DNA of 64,000 nucleotides from Gaiellaceae bacterium. Lineage in GTDB: Bacteria; Actinomycetota; Thermoleophilia; Gaiellales; Gaiellaceae. Below the pieces are notes generated by a model, which saw nothing but the letters and a program-made list of their open reading frames with translations, was not told the DNA's origin and did no database searches. The position numbers and the translations under genes are program-made. The stretch spans positions 3,968 through 67,967 of the forward strand of contig DATAOK010000050.1 in assembly GCA_036265735.1 (NCBI GenBank), read 5' to 3'. Positions 32,833 through 41,108 of this stretch are shown piece after piece. Every line of letters starts with the position of its first letter. The first letter of the stretch is position 1.

Positions 32833-34716
32833 TCACCCCTTGAACGACACGATCTTCTTGAGCAGGAGAGAGCCGACAGCCATCATCACGAGCCCCAAGA
32901 TGATGAGCATGTGGCCGATATGGCGGTGGTAGAGCGGTGCCATGAAGCTGCGGTTGATCAGCGTCAGCACGGCGGCGAGCACAAAGGGCAGGCCGACGAG
33001 AACGTAAGCCGACGCTCGACCCATTGCCGTGAGCGCGCGGATGCGGCGCGCGAACTGCTGACGCGCCCGCACGGTCTCCGCGACCATGTCGAAGAGCGCG
33101 GCGAGCGAGCCGCCGACCTGGCGCTGGATCGTCACGGCCGTGATCACGAACGTGAAGTTCTTCGAGCCGACGCGCTCGGCCATCTCCCCGAGCGAGTCCT
33201 CCATCGGCCGGCCGAGCTGCGTGTCCGTGAGGACGCGCTTGAACTCGCGTGACGCGGGCTCGAGCCCTTCGTCGACCACCGACTGGATGCCCTGGCGGAA
33301 GCTGTGGCCGGCTTTCAGCGACGCGGCGAGCGTCACGAGCAGGTCGGGCAGCTGGTTGTCGAATGCGCGCAGGCGCTTCTTCGCCTTCATGTGCACGAAG
33401 CCGAGCGGGATCGAGCCGCCCACGAGCAGGGCCACGAAGAACGCAAGCACCGAGCCGGTCACGAGGCCGACCAGAAGGCCGAGCGTGAAACCGGCGCCGA
33501 CCATGATGTACGCGAACTCGCCGGCCCGGATCGGCAGGTCCGCCCGGTCGAGCAACGTCGACAGCCAGACGAACTGCTTCATGTCTCCTAGCGCGCGCTC
33601 GGTCGCCTTCACAAGCGAGCCGAACGACGAGAATCGCGCGTCCTTGTTCTTCTTGACGCGCGTCGTGGAGACGTGCGGATCGAGACGACGCTTCACCCAG
33701 ACGGTCTTCTGCCCCTGGAGCACGAGCAGGTAGCCGAGCAGGACGATCACCATCATCGACATCGCGACGACGAGCGTCCCTACGCCCGAGTAGAAGCTTC
33801 CCGGAAGCAGCCGGGACGGGCCGGGAGACGCGACCGCGCCACCCGGTCCGGCCGGCACCTGCACGTCCCGCGCCGCCGCGCCCTGCCCCGGCACGGTCAC
33901 GCGCAGCTTGAGCGCGTCGCCCGGCCGCGCGGCGGTCAGATAGCTGACCTGCCATGTGCGCGACAGCTGCGACGCGATACGTGAGTAGACGTCGGAAAGC
34001 GCGCCGCTGTCCGACGCGCGGAAGAACGAGCCGCCGGTCGAGGCGGCGAGCTGCTGCAGCGGCTGCGGGCTGTACTCCGGCCCCGCAATCGCGATGGGGT
34101 ACACGGTGACGTTGGCGCTGCGGGCCGCCTTGACCGCCGCGTCGAGCGTCGCCTTGCTGGAGACGTCCTTACCGTCCGTGAGCACGATCAGGACCCGGCC
34201 GCCGACCGTTCGGGCCGAGAGCTGACTCGCGCCGACGACGATCGCGTCGTAGAGCGCTGTCCCGGGATGCTTGTCGACCGAGAGCGTGCGCAACGCGCCG
34301 TCGGCGTCGATCGTCGACGACGAGAACGTCGTGAGCGGGAGCGCATGCGAACCGAATGCGAGGACGCCGATCGAGTCACCGCGGGGCTTCGTCTTCACGA
34401 ACCGGTCCGCGGCTGCGGTCGCGTCCTTGATCGACTGGCCCGCCATCGAGCGCGAGCGGTCGATCTCGAGGAGGACGGTCGTGGAGCGGCCGAGGTTCAC
34501 GGCCTGGAGGCCGTTCACGAGGGCACCGTTCTCCCAGACACGCGGCAGGCTCGAGCTCGGCGAGCTCGTGACGACCGACAGCGACACGCTCGGGTACTGC
34601 TGCGTGTTGACGCTGCGGACGTGCACGCCTGCGTGCGCGCCCGTCGCGAACCAGAGCATCATCGCGGCCGCACTGAAGGCTGCGGCGAGAAGCCGACGCG
34701 GCTGCTGTTCGTTCAC
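32833..34716 (-). CDS. tadB: fusion protein: signal peptide + vWA domain + TadB-type T2SS-F platform domain
   Basis: 627 aa. The N-terminal half has a vWA MIDAS-like LLEIDRSRSMAG...VLIVLTDGKD. The C-terminal half carries TM segments and T2SSF sequence (...QLPDLLVTLAASLKAGHSFRQGI...). GTGA overlap with tadA. Confidence 0.8.
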   Translation of the reverse strand: MNEQQPRRLLAAAFSAAAMMLWFATGAHAGVHVRSVNTQQYPSVSLSVVTSSPSSSLPRVWENGALVNGLQAVNLGRSTTVLLEIDRSRSMAGQSIKDATAAADRFVKTKPRGDSIGVLAFGSHALPLTTFSSSTIDADGALRTLSVDKHPGTALYDAIVVGASQLSARTVGGRVLIVLTDGKDVSSKATLDAAVKAARSANVTVYPIAIAGPEYSPQPLQQLAASTGGSFFRASDSGALSDVYSRIASQLSRTWQVSYLTAARPGDALKLRVTVPGQGAAARDVQVPAGPGGAVASPGPSRLLPGSFYSGVGTLVVAMSMMVIVLLGYLLVLQGQKTVWVKRRLDPHVSTTRVKKNKDARFSSFGSLVKATERALGDMKQFVWLSTLLDRADLPIRAGEFAYIMVGAGFTLGLLVGLVTGSVLAFFVALLVGGSIPLGFVHMKAKKRLRAFDNQLPDLLVTLAASLKAGHSFRQGIQSVVDEGLEPASREFKRVLTDTQLGRPMEDSLGEMAERVGSKNFTFVITAVTIQRQVGGSLAALFDMVAETVRARQQFARRIRALTAMGRASAYVLVGLPFVLAAVLTLINRSFMAPLYHRHIGHMLIILGLVMMAVGSLLLKKIVSFKG

Positions 34717-36149
34717 CGGTAGCCGCCGAAGCTCGGGCTGTTGTACGTCCCGTCGCCGTCCTCATGCGGACGACCGAAGAACGTCGCAGGAAGCACGACG
34801 CCGTTCGCCGCCATCTTGTCGATGAAGTGCGGCTTGAGCCCCGTCGGCGCGAGCGGCGACAGGAGCCGGGCGGAACGTCCGGTGGGATGCCCGTCCTCGT
34901 CCGGCGGCTTCGCCAGGAAGATGTCCTGGAGGGTGACCACGTCGGACTCCATGCCGACGACCTCGGAGATGTGCGTGATGCGGCGCGAGCCGTCGACCAG
35001 GCGCTGGATCTGCACGAGCAGATCGAATGCCGACGCGATCTGCTCGCGGATCGCACGGTGCGGAAGCTCCACACCTGCGGTCATCACGAGTGTCTCGAGC
35101 CTCGACAGCGCGTCGCGCGGCGAGTTCGCGTGGATCGTCGTCAGCGAGCCTTCATGGCCCGTGTTCATCGCCTGGAGCATGTCGAGCGTCTCGGCACCGC
35201 GGACCTCGCCGACGATGATCCGGTCGGGGCGCATGCGCAGTGCGTTCCTGACGAGCTCGCGGATGCGGATCTCGCCCTGGCCCTCGATGTTCGCGGGCCG
35301 CGACTCGAGCGTGATCACATGATCCTGCTGGAGCTGGAGCTCCGCAGCATCCTCGATCGTCACGATGCGCTCGTCGTCCGGCACGAATGCCGACAGCGCG
35401 TTGAGCGTCGTCGTCTTACCGGTGCCGGTACCGCCGGAGATAAGGACGTTGAGCTTGCCCTTGACGCAGGCCGAGAGGAACTGGGCGGCCTGCGACGTGA
35501 GGGAGCCGAACGCGATGAGGTCGTTCATCGTGTACGGGTCGCGCGAGAACTTGCGGATCGTGAGCGTCGGCCCCTTCAGGGCCAGCGGCGGAATGATCGC
35601 GTTCACACGCGAGCCGTCAGGGAGGCGTGCGTCGACCATCGGCGATGCCTCGTCGATGCGCCGACCGACCTGCGACACGATCTTGTCGATGATGCGCAGG
35701 AGATGGGCGTTGTCCGCGAACGACGCCGACGAGCGCTCGATCTTGCCGTCGCGCTCGATGTAGACCTTGTCGGCCGCGTTGACCATGACTTCCGTCACGG
35801 TGTCGTCGCGGAGCAGCGGGTCGAGCGGGCCGTAGCCCAGGATGTCGTCGGTGATCTCCCGCACGATCCGCCGGCGCTCTTCGCGCGTAAGCGGCGTGCG
35901 GTCGAGGGCGAGCTGCTCCGACACCGTCCGCATGACGCTTTCCTGCAGGCTCTCGTCCGAGCTCTGCTTGAAGAGCTCGGCGCCGAGCTTCGCGATGCAC
36001 TCGTGATGAATGCGGGTCTTGAGCTCGGTGTACGGGTCGACGACGACGCGCTGCTCGGGCGTCGGCTGTGGGGTCGGCTGGGCAGCAGCCAGCGGATCGA
36101 GCGTGACTGCGCTGCTGCCCTTGTTGTTGATGCGATCGTGAAGGCCCAT
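34713..36149 (-). CDS. tadA: Tad/Flp pilus assembly ATPase (CpaF/TadA, VirB11-like)
   Basis: Walker A GGTGTGKTTTLNAL, Asp box, Walker B and His box (...TGHEGSLTTIHAN...). Confidence 0.95.
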   Translation of the reverse strand: MGLHDRINNKGSSAVTLDPLAAAQPTPQPTPEQRVVVDPYTELKTRIHHECIAKLGAELFKQSSDESLQESVMRTVSEQLALDRTPLTREERRRIVREITDDILGYGPLDPLLRDDTVTEVMVNAADKVYIERDGKIERSSASFADNAHLLRIIDKIVSQVGRRIDEASPMVDARLPDGSRVNAIIPPLALKGPTLTIRKFSRDPYTMNDLIAFGSLTSQAAQFLSACVKGKLNVLISGGTGTGKTTTLNALSAFVPDDERIVTIEDAAELQLQQDHVITLESRPANIEGQGEIRIRELVRNALRMRPDRIIVGEVRGAETLDMLQAMNTGHEGSLTTIHANSPRDALSRLETLVMTAGVELPHRAIREQIASAFDLLVQIQRLVDGSRRITHISEVVGMESDVVTLQDIFLAKPPDEDGHPTGRSARLLSPLAPTGLKPHFIDKMAANGVVLPATFFGRPHEDGDGTYNSPSFGGYR

Positions 36150-36152
36150 GAC

Positions 36153-37358
36153 CTACGCCTTCGAGAACATTCGACGACGCTTTGCCTGCTTCTCCGGATC
36201 CGGGTTCGCAACAGCCCTCGCGACGTCGCGCAGCGCGGACGAGAAGTCCGCACCCGCGTCGGCGAGCACGACGGGTGTGCCGCGGTTGATCGACACCGGT
36301 ACCGCGCGGTCGCTCGGCACCTGGTAGCGGATCTTCCGCTCGAGGGCGGTCTCGACCTCGCTCTCCTTCATCCCGACCTTCGTGTTCGCTCGGTTCAGGA
36401 CGAGGTGAACCTTCTTCATCGGGAACGAGAGGAGCTCGAGTGTCTGCAGGCTCAGCCGGACGTTCTTGATCGTCGGCACGTCGAGCGAGCAGACGAGCAT
36501 GAGCTCGTCCGTCTGGTCGAGTGTTGCGAGCATCGGGCCGTGGAAGAACGGCGACGTGTCGACGATGATCACGTCGTACGACGACCGCGCGACTTCGAGC
36601 AGGCGTCCGATCTTCGCTTCCGTCACGAGCTCGGCGTCCTCCGGGCGCAGAGGCGCGGGGAGGATGTCGAGACCCGACGGATGGCGCGTCGTGTACCCGG
36701 CGAGCTTCTCCGGGTCGAGCTCGCCCGGAGCGGAGACGAGGTCGTAGATCGTCTTCTCCGGCTCGAGTCCGAGCATGATCGCCGCGTCGCCGAACTGGAG
36801 GTCCAGGTCGAGCAACAGCGTGCGGCGCTGCTCGTGCTTCGCGAGCGCGGTCGCGAGATTCGTCGCGATCGACGTCTTGCCCGTCCCGCCCTTCGGCGAG
36901 AACACCGTCACGATCCGGCCGTGCGTGACCGCCGAGACCGGGCCTGCGAGCAGGCGGCGGCCGGCGTGCGAGGCCTTGCGGATCGCGAAGATGACGTTGT
37001 CCATCAGCTGCGGGAGCAGGAGGACGTCTGCGACGTCCGCGTCGAGCGCCTGCTCGAGCAGCTGGCTCGCCTCACCGGAGGCGAGGATGACGATCGGTGC
37101 CCGCGTGTGCTCGCGGACGACTGCCAGCTCGTCGCTCGGCAGCGTCTGCGAGTCGGTCGCGAACAGGACGACGTTCAGGTGGCCGCCGGAAAGCGCGCCG
37201 GATGCCTCCTGCGGCGTCGCTGCGACGCCGACGAGCTCGAGGCCCGGCTCCTTTGCGAGCACTTCGACCAGAGAGGCCGAGCCCTCGCAGGAGCCGCACA
37301 CGAAGAGGCGGATCGCTTCGCGGTGGTTGTCGTTGTTCTCGTGTGACATCGTCGTCAA
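36153..37358 (-). CDS. tadZ: TadZ/CpaE: atypical receiver domain + ParA/MinD-like ATPase
   Basis: N-terminal receiver-like domain, then FSPKGGTGKTSIATNLA (deviant Walker A). Confidence 0.85.
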   Translation of the reverse strand: MTTMSHENNDNHREAIRLFVCGSCEGSASLVEVLAKEPGLELVGVAATPQEASGALSGGHLNVVLFATDSQTLPSDELAVVREHTRAPIVILASGEASQLLEQALDADVADVLLLPQLMDNVIFAIRKASHAGRRLLAGPVSAVTHGRIVTVFSPKGGTGKTSIATNLATALAKHEQRRTLLLDLDLQFGDAAIMLGLEPEKTIYDLVSAPGELDPEKLAGYTTRHPSGLDILPAPLRPEDAELVTEAKIGRLLEVARSSYDVIIVDTSPFFHGPMLATLDQTDELMLVCSLDVPTIKNVRLSLQTLELLSFPMKKVHLVLNRANTKVGMKESEVETALERKIRYQVPSDRAVPVSINRGTPVVLADAGADFSSALRDVARAVANPDPEKQAKRRRMFSKA

Positions 37359-38119
37359 CCTCCGTGGGCGATTCGGAGCTGGCGGGAGCTGAGGCCGTCG
37401 TCGACGATCGTGTTCTGCGTCTCGACGGTCTCCGGGCTGTCAGTGGCCTTCACAACCGGCCGGAGCTCGAATGTCCAGTCATCGTTCTTGATCACGTAGA
37501 AGAGCTTCTGGACCTGCGTGTCCGTCACGGCGAGCAGGACGGACGCGCCGCCCTGCGAGGGCGACGAGAGGTGCACGCCCTGCGACACGTCGCCTGCGGC
37601 GCGCAGGACGCGCAAGTTCCGCAGCACGATGCGCGAGATGCTCGTCCCGTTGCTGGAGTCGCCGACCTTCACGTTGGCGACGATGTCGATGTGGTCGCCC
37701 GTGCGGAGCGTGCCGGCGAGCGTCTGATCGTTGTCACCGGAGACCTGCACGGCGCGGAGCGGCCCGCGCAGCACGCCGCGGATGCCCTGCACTGCGACAT
37801 CCGAGAAGCGCGTGAGCGAGACCTGCTCGCCGGCATAGGTCGGCTGAGCTGCGACAAGGCGCTCGATCTGCGTGTCGCTCGAGATCGCCCCCGGGACGAC
37901 GCTCTGCCGAAGCACCTGCTCCTGGCGGAGATAGCCACCGGAGATGACGTCTGTACCGGAGGTCCCCTCCGGGATGTCCTTCGAGGCGACCCAGACGCTC
38001 ACGTGCTGCTGTGAGTGCTGGACGCTTCGTTTGTAGTTCGTGACGTAAAAGCCGACGAGCAGGGCGGCCAGGACGGCAAGCCCAATCGCGGCGAAGAGGT
38101 TGCGGGCGCGGTAGGTCAT
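37355..38119 (-). CDS. cpaB: Flp pilus assembly protein CpaB (SAF/RcpC domains)
   Basis: 254 aa, N-terminal TM anchor, then ...VWVASKDIPEGT... SAF-like sequence. Overlaps the tadZ start. Confidence 0.85.
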   Translation of the reverse strand: MTYRARNLFAAIGLAVLAALLVGFYVTNYKRSVQHSQQHVSVWVASKDIPEGTSGTDVISGGYLRQEQVLRQSVVPGAISSDTQIERLVAAQPTYAGEQVSLTRFSDVAVQGIRGVLRGPLRAVQVSGDNDQTLAGTLRTGDHIDIVANVKVGDSSNGTSISRIVLRNLRVLRAAGDVSQGVHLSSPSQGGASVLLAVTDTQVQKLFYVIKNDDWTFELRPVVKATDSPETVETQNTIVDDGLSSRQLRIAHGG

Positions 38120-38140
38120 TGGACGGCAGTCCTTCCTAGG

Positions 38141-39079
38141 TCAATTGACGAGTTGCACGGAACTGGCCCCGAAGTCGTCGGCATTACCGCCGCCGCCGTT
38201 GCCGTTGCCGCCGTTGTTGCCGGTCTGGCCCTGGAGGCCCTCCCAGATGATGTCCGTGAACCAGCCGGAAAGCGTTCCGCCGTTGCCCTGGACCTTGTGG
38301 TCCGTGAGGTGGAAGCCCACCCAGCCGATCACGTGGTAGAAGAGGTTCGAGCCCTGCGCGTCGACGCGGTCGTACACAGGAAAGAGCAAGTTCTCGCCGA
38401 TGTTGTCTTGCAGGGCTTGCTGCATCCCCGAGTCGTTGAACTTCGATCCCGGGTCGGAGTAGTAGTCGGTGTCGACCGGCATCCAGGCATCGAGCCCGTG
38501 GTCCATCCAGTCGGCGAGCGTGTGGGGGTTCGTGCCGCCGGTCGAGCCGTCGATGTTCAGCAGCTTGAAGCCTCCGGGGCCGACCATGTTGAGGGTCAGC
38601 GTCGTCGGATGGTCGAAGCAGGGGCAGTTCGCGCCGGAGAGATCTGGGTGAGAGATGTTGACGCCGATCGGCGACGCGAACCGGGCCTCGTTGATGGTGT
38701 CCGTGCGGGCAGCCGCGTGTGCGCCGACCGTGACGGAGCTGAGGCCGAAGAGCTTGCTGAAGAACCCGGGCGCGGGCGCGCTCATCTGCACCGAGATCGT
38801 GTCGTTCGTCGACATGTCGCTCGAGAAGCTGATGCCGGACGCGTCGAGCGCGCCGCCGTTGTCGGCGGCGTACTGGATTGCGAGCGCGGTCGCGGCATCC
38901 GTGCCCTGCGGGAGCCCCTGCGCGCCGGCGAGCGCAGCCGCGTCGGCCGTCGCCTGCAGTTGCCGCTTCGCCTTGAACCAGCTGCCGACGTCGAGGGACA
39001 TCGCGGTCGCGCCGAGCAGCACAGTGAGAAAGAGGACGGTCAGAACCGCGGCCTGGCCGCGGGAGTCTCTCGCGTTCAT
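38141..39079 (-). CDS. TadG-like pseudopilin / pilus assembly protein (TadE/G N-terminal domain)
   Basis: SRGQAAVLTVLFLTVLLGATAMSLDVGSWF...ADAAALAGAQ is typical of the TadE/G-like family. Gly/Asn-rich C-terminus. Confidence 0.7.
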   Translation of the reverse strand: MNARDSRGQAAVLTVLFLTVLLGATAMSLDVGSWFKAKRQLQATADAAALAGAQGLPQGTDAATALAIQYAADNGGALDASGISFSSDMSTNDTISVQMSAPAPGFFSKLFGLSSVTVGAHAAARTDTINEARFASPIGVNISHPDLSGANCPCFDHPTTLTLNMVGPGGFKLLNIDGSTGGTNPHTLADWMDHGLDAWMPVDTDYYSDPGSKFNDSGMQQALQDNIGENLLFPVYDRVDAQGSNLFYHVIGWVGFHLTDHKVQGNGGTLSGWFTDIIWEGLQGQTGNNGGNGNGGGGNADDFGASSVQLVN

Positions 39080-39483
39080 TCCACACGCTCCGTTGTCTTG
39101 CTGTGCAGGTTGCCCGAGGCAAAGACGAACCCGAACAGATCGATCTTGTAGGGGTACGCGGCTTGCACCGTCACGTCGTCACCGGGCTGCCAGGTCGACG
39201 TGATGGTGACGTCCGTGGACTTGAGGGTGATGTCGCCTGCAGAGTCGATGACTGCCTGCGTCGCGACACCGGTGGGACCTGAGGGGTCGGAGGTGTTGCG
39301 CGAAACTGCGGCCTTGCGGGCGCCGGCACGGGTGGCGTCCGTCAGGTCGAGATAGTTGTTGAAGAGGATGCCGAACTGAATGACGCCGAAGAGCAGCATC
39401 GCGAGCAGCGGCAGGACGAGCGCGAACTCGACCATGGTCTGGCCGTCGGAGCTCTTCAGGTTGCGCGGCGTTGGCTTGTTCAT
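39076..39483 (-). CDS. tadE: TadE-like pseudopilin
   Basis: SDGQTMVEFALVLPLLAMLLFGVIQFG (prepilin-peptidase site G/QTMVEF plus a hydrophobic helix). Confidence 0.8.
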   Translation of the reverse strand: MNKPTPRNLKSSDGQTMVEFALVLPLLAMLLFGVIQFGILFNNYLDLTDATRAGARKAAVSRNTSDPSGPTGVATQAVIDSAGDITLKSTDVTITSTWQPGDDVTVQAAYPYKIDLFGFVFASGNLHSKTTERVE

Positions 39484-39566
39484 GGGCGGCGGTTGGTCGG
39501 TGTTCGTTGCGTTTTGGTGAGGCCCCGCGCAGTGCGCGGGGCCTCACCGAGGGAAGTGATGCGTCG

Positions 39567-39761
39567 TTACTTGATCGCGTCTGCGATCCGGTTGATCACG
39601 TTCGTGATGTTGCCTCCGAGCAGCAGCAGGGCGGCAATGACGAGCGCGGAGATCACCGAAAGGATCACCGCGTACTCGGCCATCGTCTGACCCTCCTCGT
39701 CACGGTCGAACCGACCGAGGAGCGTCTGCACGTATGCGGCGAGCTTCAGCACCAGCTTCAC
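39567..39761 (-). CDS. flp: Flp/Fap family prepilin 1
   Basis: 64 aa. ...DEEGQTMAEYAVILSVISALVIAALLLLG is the Flp motif. Confidence 0.85.
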   Translation of the reverse strand: MKLVLKLAAYVQTLLGRFDRDEEGQTMAEYAVILSVISALVIAALLLLGGNITNVINRIADAIK

Positions 39762-39828
39762 CTCCCTTCAGGTGTGACGGGCATGGCCTTCGCCAATGCC
39801 GGCTGCCAAGACTGGATCGCGTGCGTCA

Positions 39829-40026
39829 TCACGGGATGAGGTTCGCCACGTTCGTGATGTGCGACCCGAGATTCGTTCCCAGCAGGAGAATCGCTGCGAA
39901 GATTCCTCCTGAGATCAGCGTCAGGACGATCGCGTACTCCGACATCGTCTGACCGCGTTCGTCGGGCGAGATGCGCGCCGCGAACGACATCAAGTTCTGT
40001 TTGAGCCCTGACGAATGCATAGCCAC
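39829..40026 (-). CDS. flp: Flp/Fap family prepilin 2
   Basis: 65 aa. ...DERGQTMSEYAIVLTLISGGIFAAILLLG is the Flp motif. Confidence 0.85.
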   Translation of the reverse strand: MAMHSSGLKQNLMSFAARISPDERGQTMSEYAIVLTLISGGIFAAILLLGTNLGSHITNVANLIP

Positions 40027-40196
40027 GCTGAAATGACTCCCCTCGTACTCGGCGTGGCCGCGCCGCCAAATTGCACTGTGCGCCGATGATCGTCAGGGCG
40101 TGACCTGCCCTTATCCCCTGTTGTGGTGAATCGTGCTCGGGGATCCCCTCATCGAGGGACTGCGGATCGCTTTGCGCGACTCCGATACAGAGCGCA

Positions 40197-40227
40197 CAGT
40201 CCGTAGCGGCCACGGACTGGTTCTTTT
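40197..40227 (+). terminator. terminator-like hairpin CAGTCCGT-AGCGGCC-ACGGACTG followed by GTTCTTTT
   Basis: Seen directly in the flp/DUF192 divergent region. It is one of the few hairpins in the window with a T-tract. No annotated plus-strand gene lies upstream of it. Confidence 0.35.
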
Positions 40228-40257
40228 CGCCGCGCTCGACGTGAAGGGGGACCGGCC

Positions 40258-40731
40258 GTGTTTCAGTCACACAGACGACGTCAGAAGCAAGTCGTCGAGT
40301 TCGTCGATCTCCTCGTGAGCGACGCGTTCGAGGCGCCTGCCGTTGCCTACGGCGATCTTGCGCGGCGTACGCGCAAAGGCGCGCGCACGAGGTCGGTTCA
40401 GCGCCTCGACGGTGCGGTTGTGTGTGAGCACTGCACGATTGCCGACTCTCCGCTGCCGCGAATGCGCGGCCTGCTCGGGAAGCGGGATCTGCGCTCGGAC
40501 CAGGGCGTGCTGCTTCGCCCCGCCGGCTCGGTGCACACGTTCTTCATGCGCTTCCCGATCGACATCGTCTTTCTGGATCGCGACGGCCGCGTGCTTCGGA
40601 TCGCCGAGTCGGTTCGACCGTGGCGGACTGCGGCCGCGCGCGGGGCGAAAGCGGTGCTCGAGCTCCGGGCGGGCGAGTGTGCCCGCCGCCGGTTGCTGAC
40701 AGGCGACGTGCTCGAGGTCGGCGCGGCGTGA
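40258..40731 (+). CDS. DUF192 (COG1430) family protein
   Basis: ...RMRGLLGKRDLRSDQGVLLRPAGSVHTFFMRFPIDIVFLDRDGRVL... matches DUF192 as I recall it. GTG start uncertain. Confidence 0.65.
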   Translation: MFQSHRRRQKQVVEFVDLLVSDAFEAPAVAYGDLARRTRKGARTRSVQRLDGAVVCEHCTIADSPLPRMRGLLGKRDLRSDQGVLLRPAGSVHTFFMRFPIDIVFLDRDGRVLRIAESVRPWRTAAARGAKAVLELRAGECARRRLLTGDVLEVGAA

Positions 40732-41108
40732 AGCGCCTGCTCGCGCTTGTTGGAGTCGTGGGCGCGTGCCTGCTCGGTGCGGGCGGTACCGGCGCCTCGC
40801 AGTACACGTGCACGATGACCGGGACTGCCGGCGCAGACGTCATGTTCGGCACGATGAACCGCGACGTCATCTGCGGCCTCGGCGGCCCCGACCAGCTCTT
40901 CGGCATGAGCGGGAACGACGTCGTGATCGGCGGCGCCGGCAACGACTACATCGAAGGCGGTCCCGGACGCGACATCCTGCTGGGCGGTCCCGGGAACGAC
41001 CAGTTCCGGAGCTACGACGCTGGGCCTGATGTGGTTGACGGGGGCGCGGGGTACGACGACGCGTGGACTGATCACTTCGACGTCGTCCGCCATGTCGAGC
41101 ATCACTAG
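40728..41108 (+). CDS. small secreted protein with hemolysin-type (RTX, GGxGxD) calcium-binding repeats
   Basis: GTGA overlap with DUF192. Signal peptide VKRLLALVGVVGACLLGAGG, then GLGGPDQLFGMSGNDVVIGGAGNDYIEGGPGRDILLGGPGNDQF. Confidence 0.65.
   Translation: MKRLLALVGVVGACLLGAGGTGASQYTCTMTGTAGADVMFGTMNRDVICGLGGPDQLFGMSGNDVVIGGAGNDYIEGGPGRDILLGGPGNDQFRSYDAGPDVVDGGAGYDDAWTDHFDVVRHVEHH

Noticed and set aside
34764-37346. 860-aa plus-strand ORF
   Set aside because: It is antisense to tadA and tadZ, which carry unambiguous Walker and T2SS-E motifs. The product is Arg/Asp/Glu/Leu-rich with no motif.
40146-40162. CCCTC-ATC-GAGGGACT resembling the GAGTCCCTC-GTCC-GAGGGACTC repeat at 11116..11137, a possible shared operator linking the peptide cassette and the tad locus
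   Set aside because: The shared part is only about 8 nt plus a 5-nt arm of GC-rich sequence. A match of that size is expected by chance once or twice in 64 kb of this composition.
40133-40318. 61-aa plus-strand ORF in the flp/DUF192 intergenic region
   Set aside because: It has no SD, it runs through the terminator-like hairpin and into the DUF192 gene in another frame, and its composition is not protein-like.
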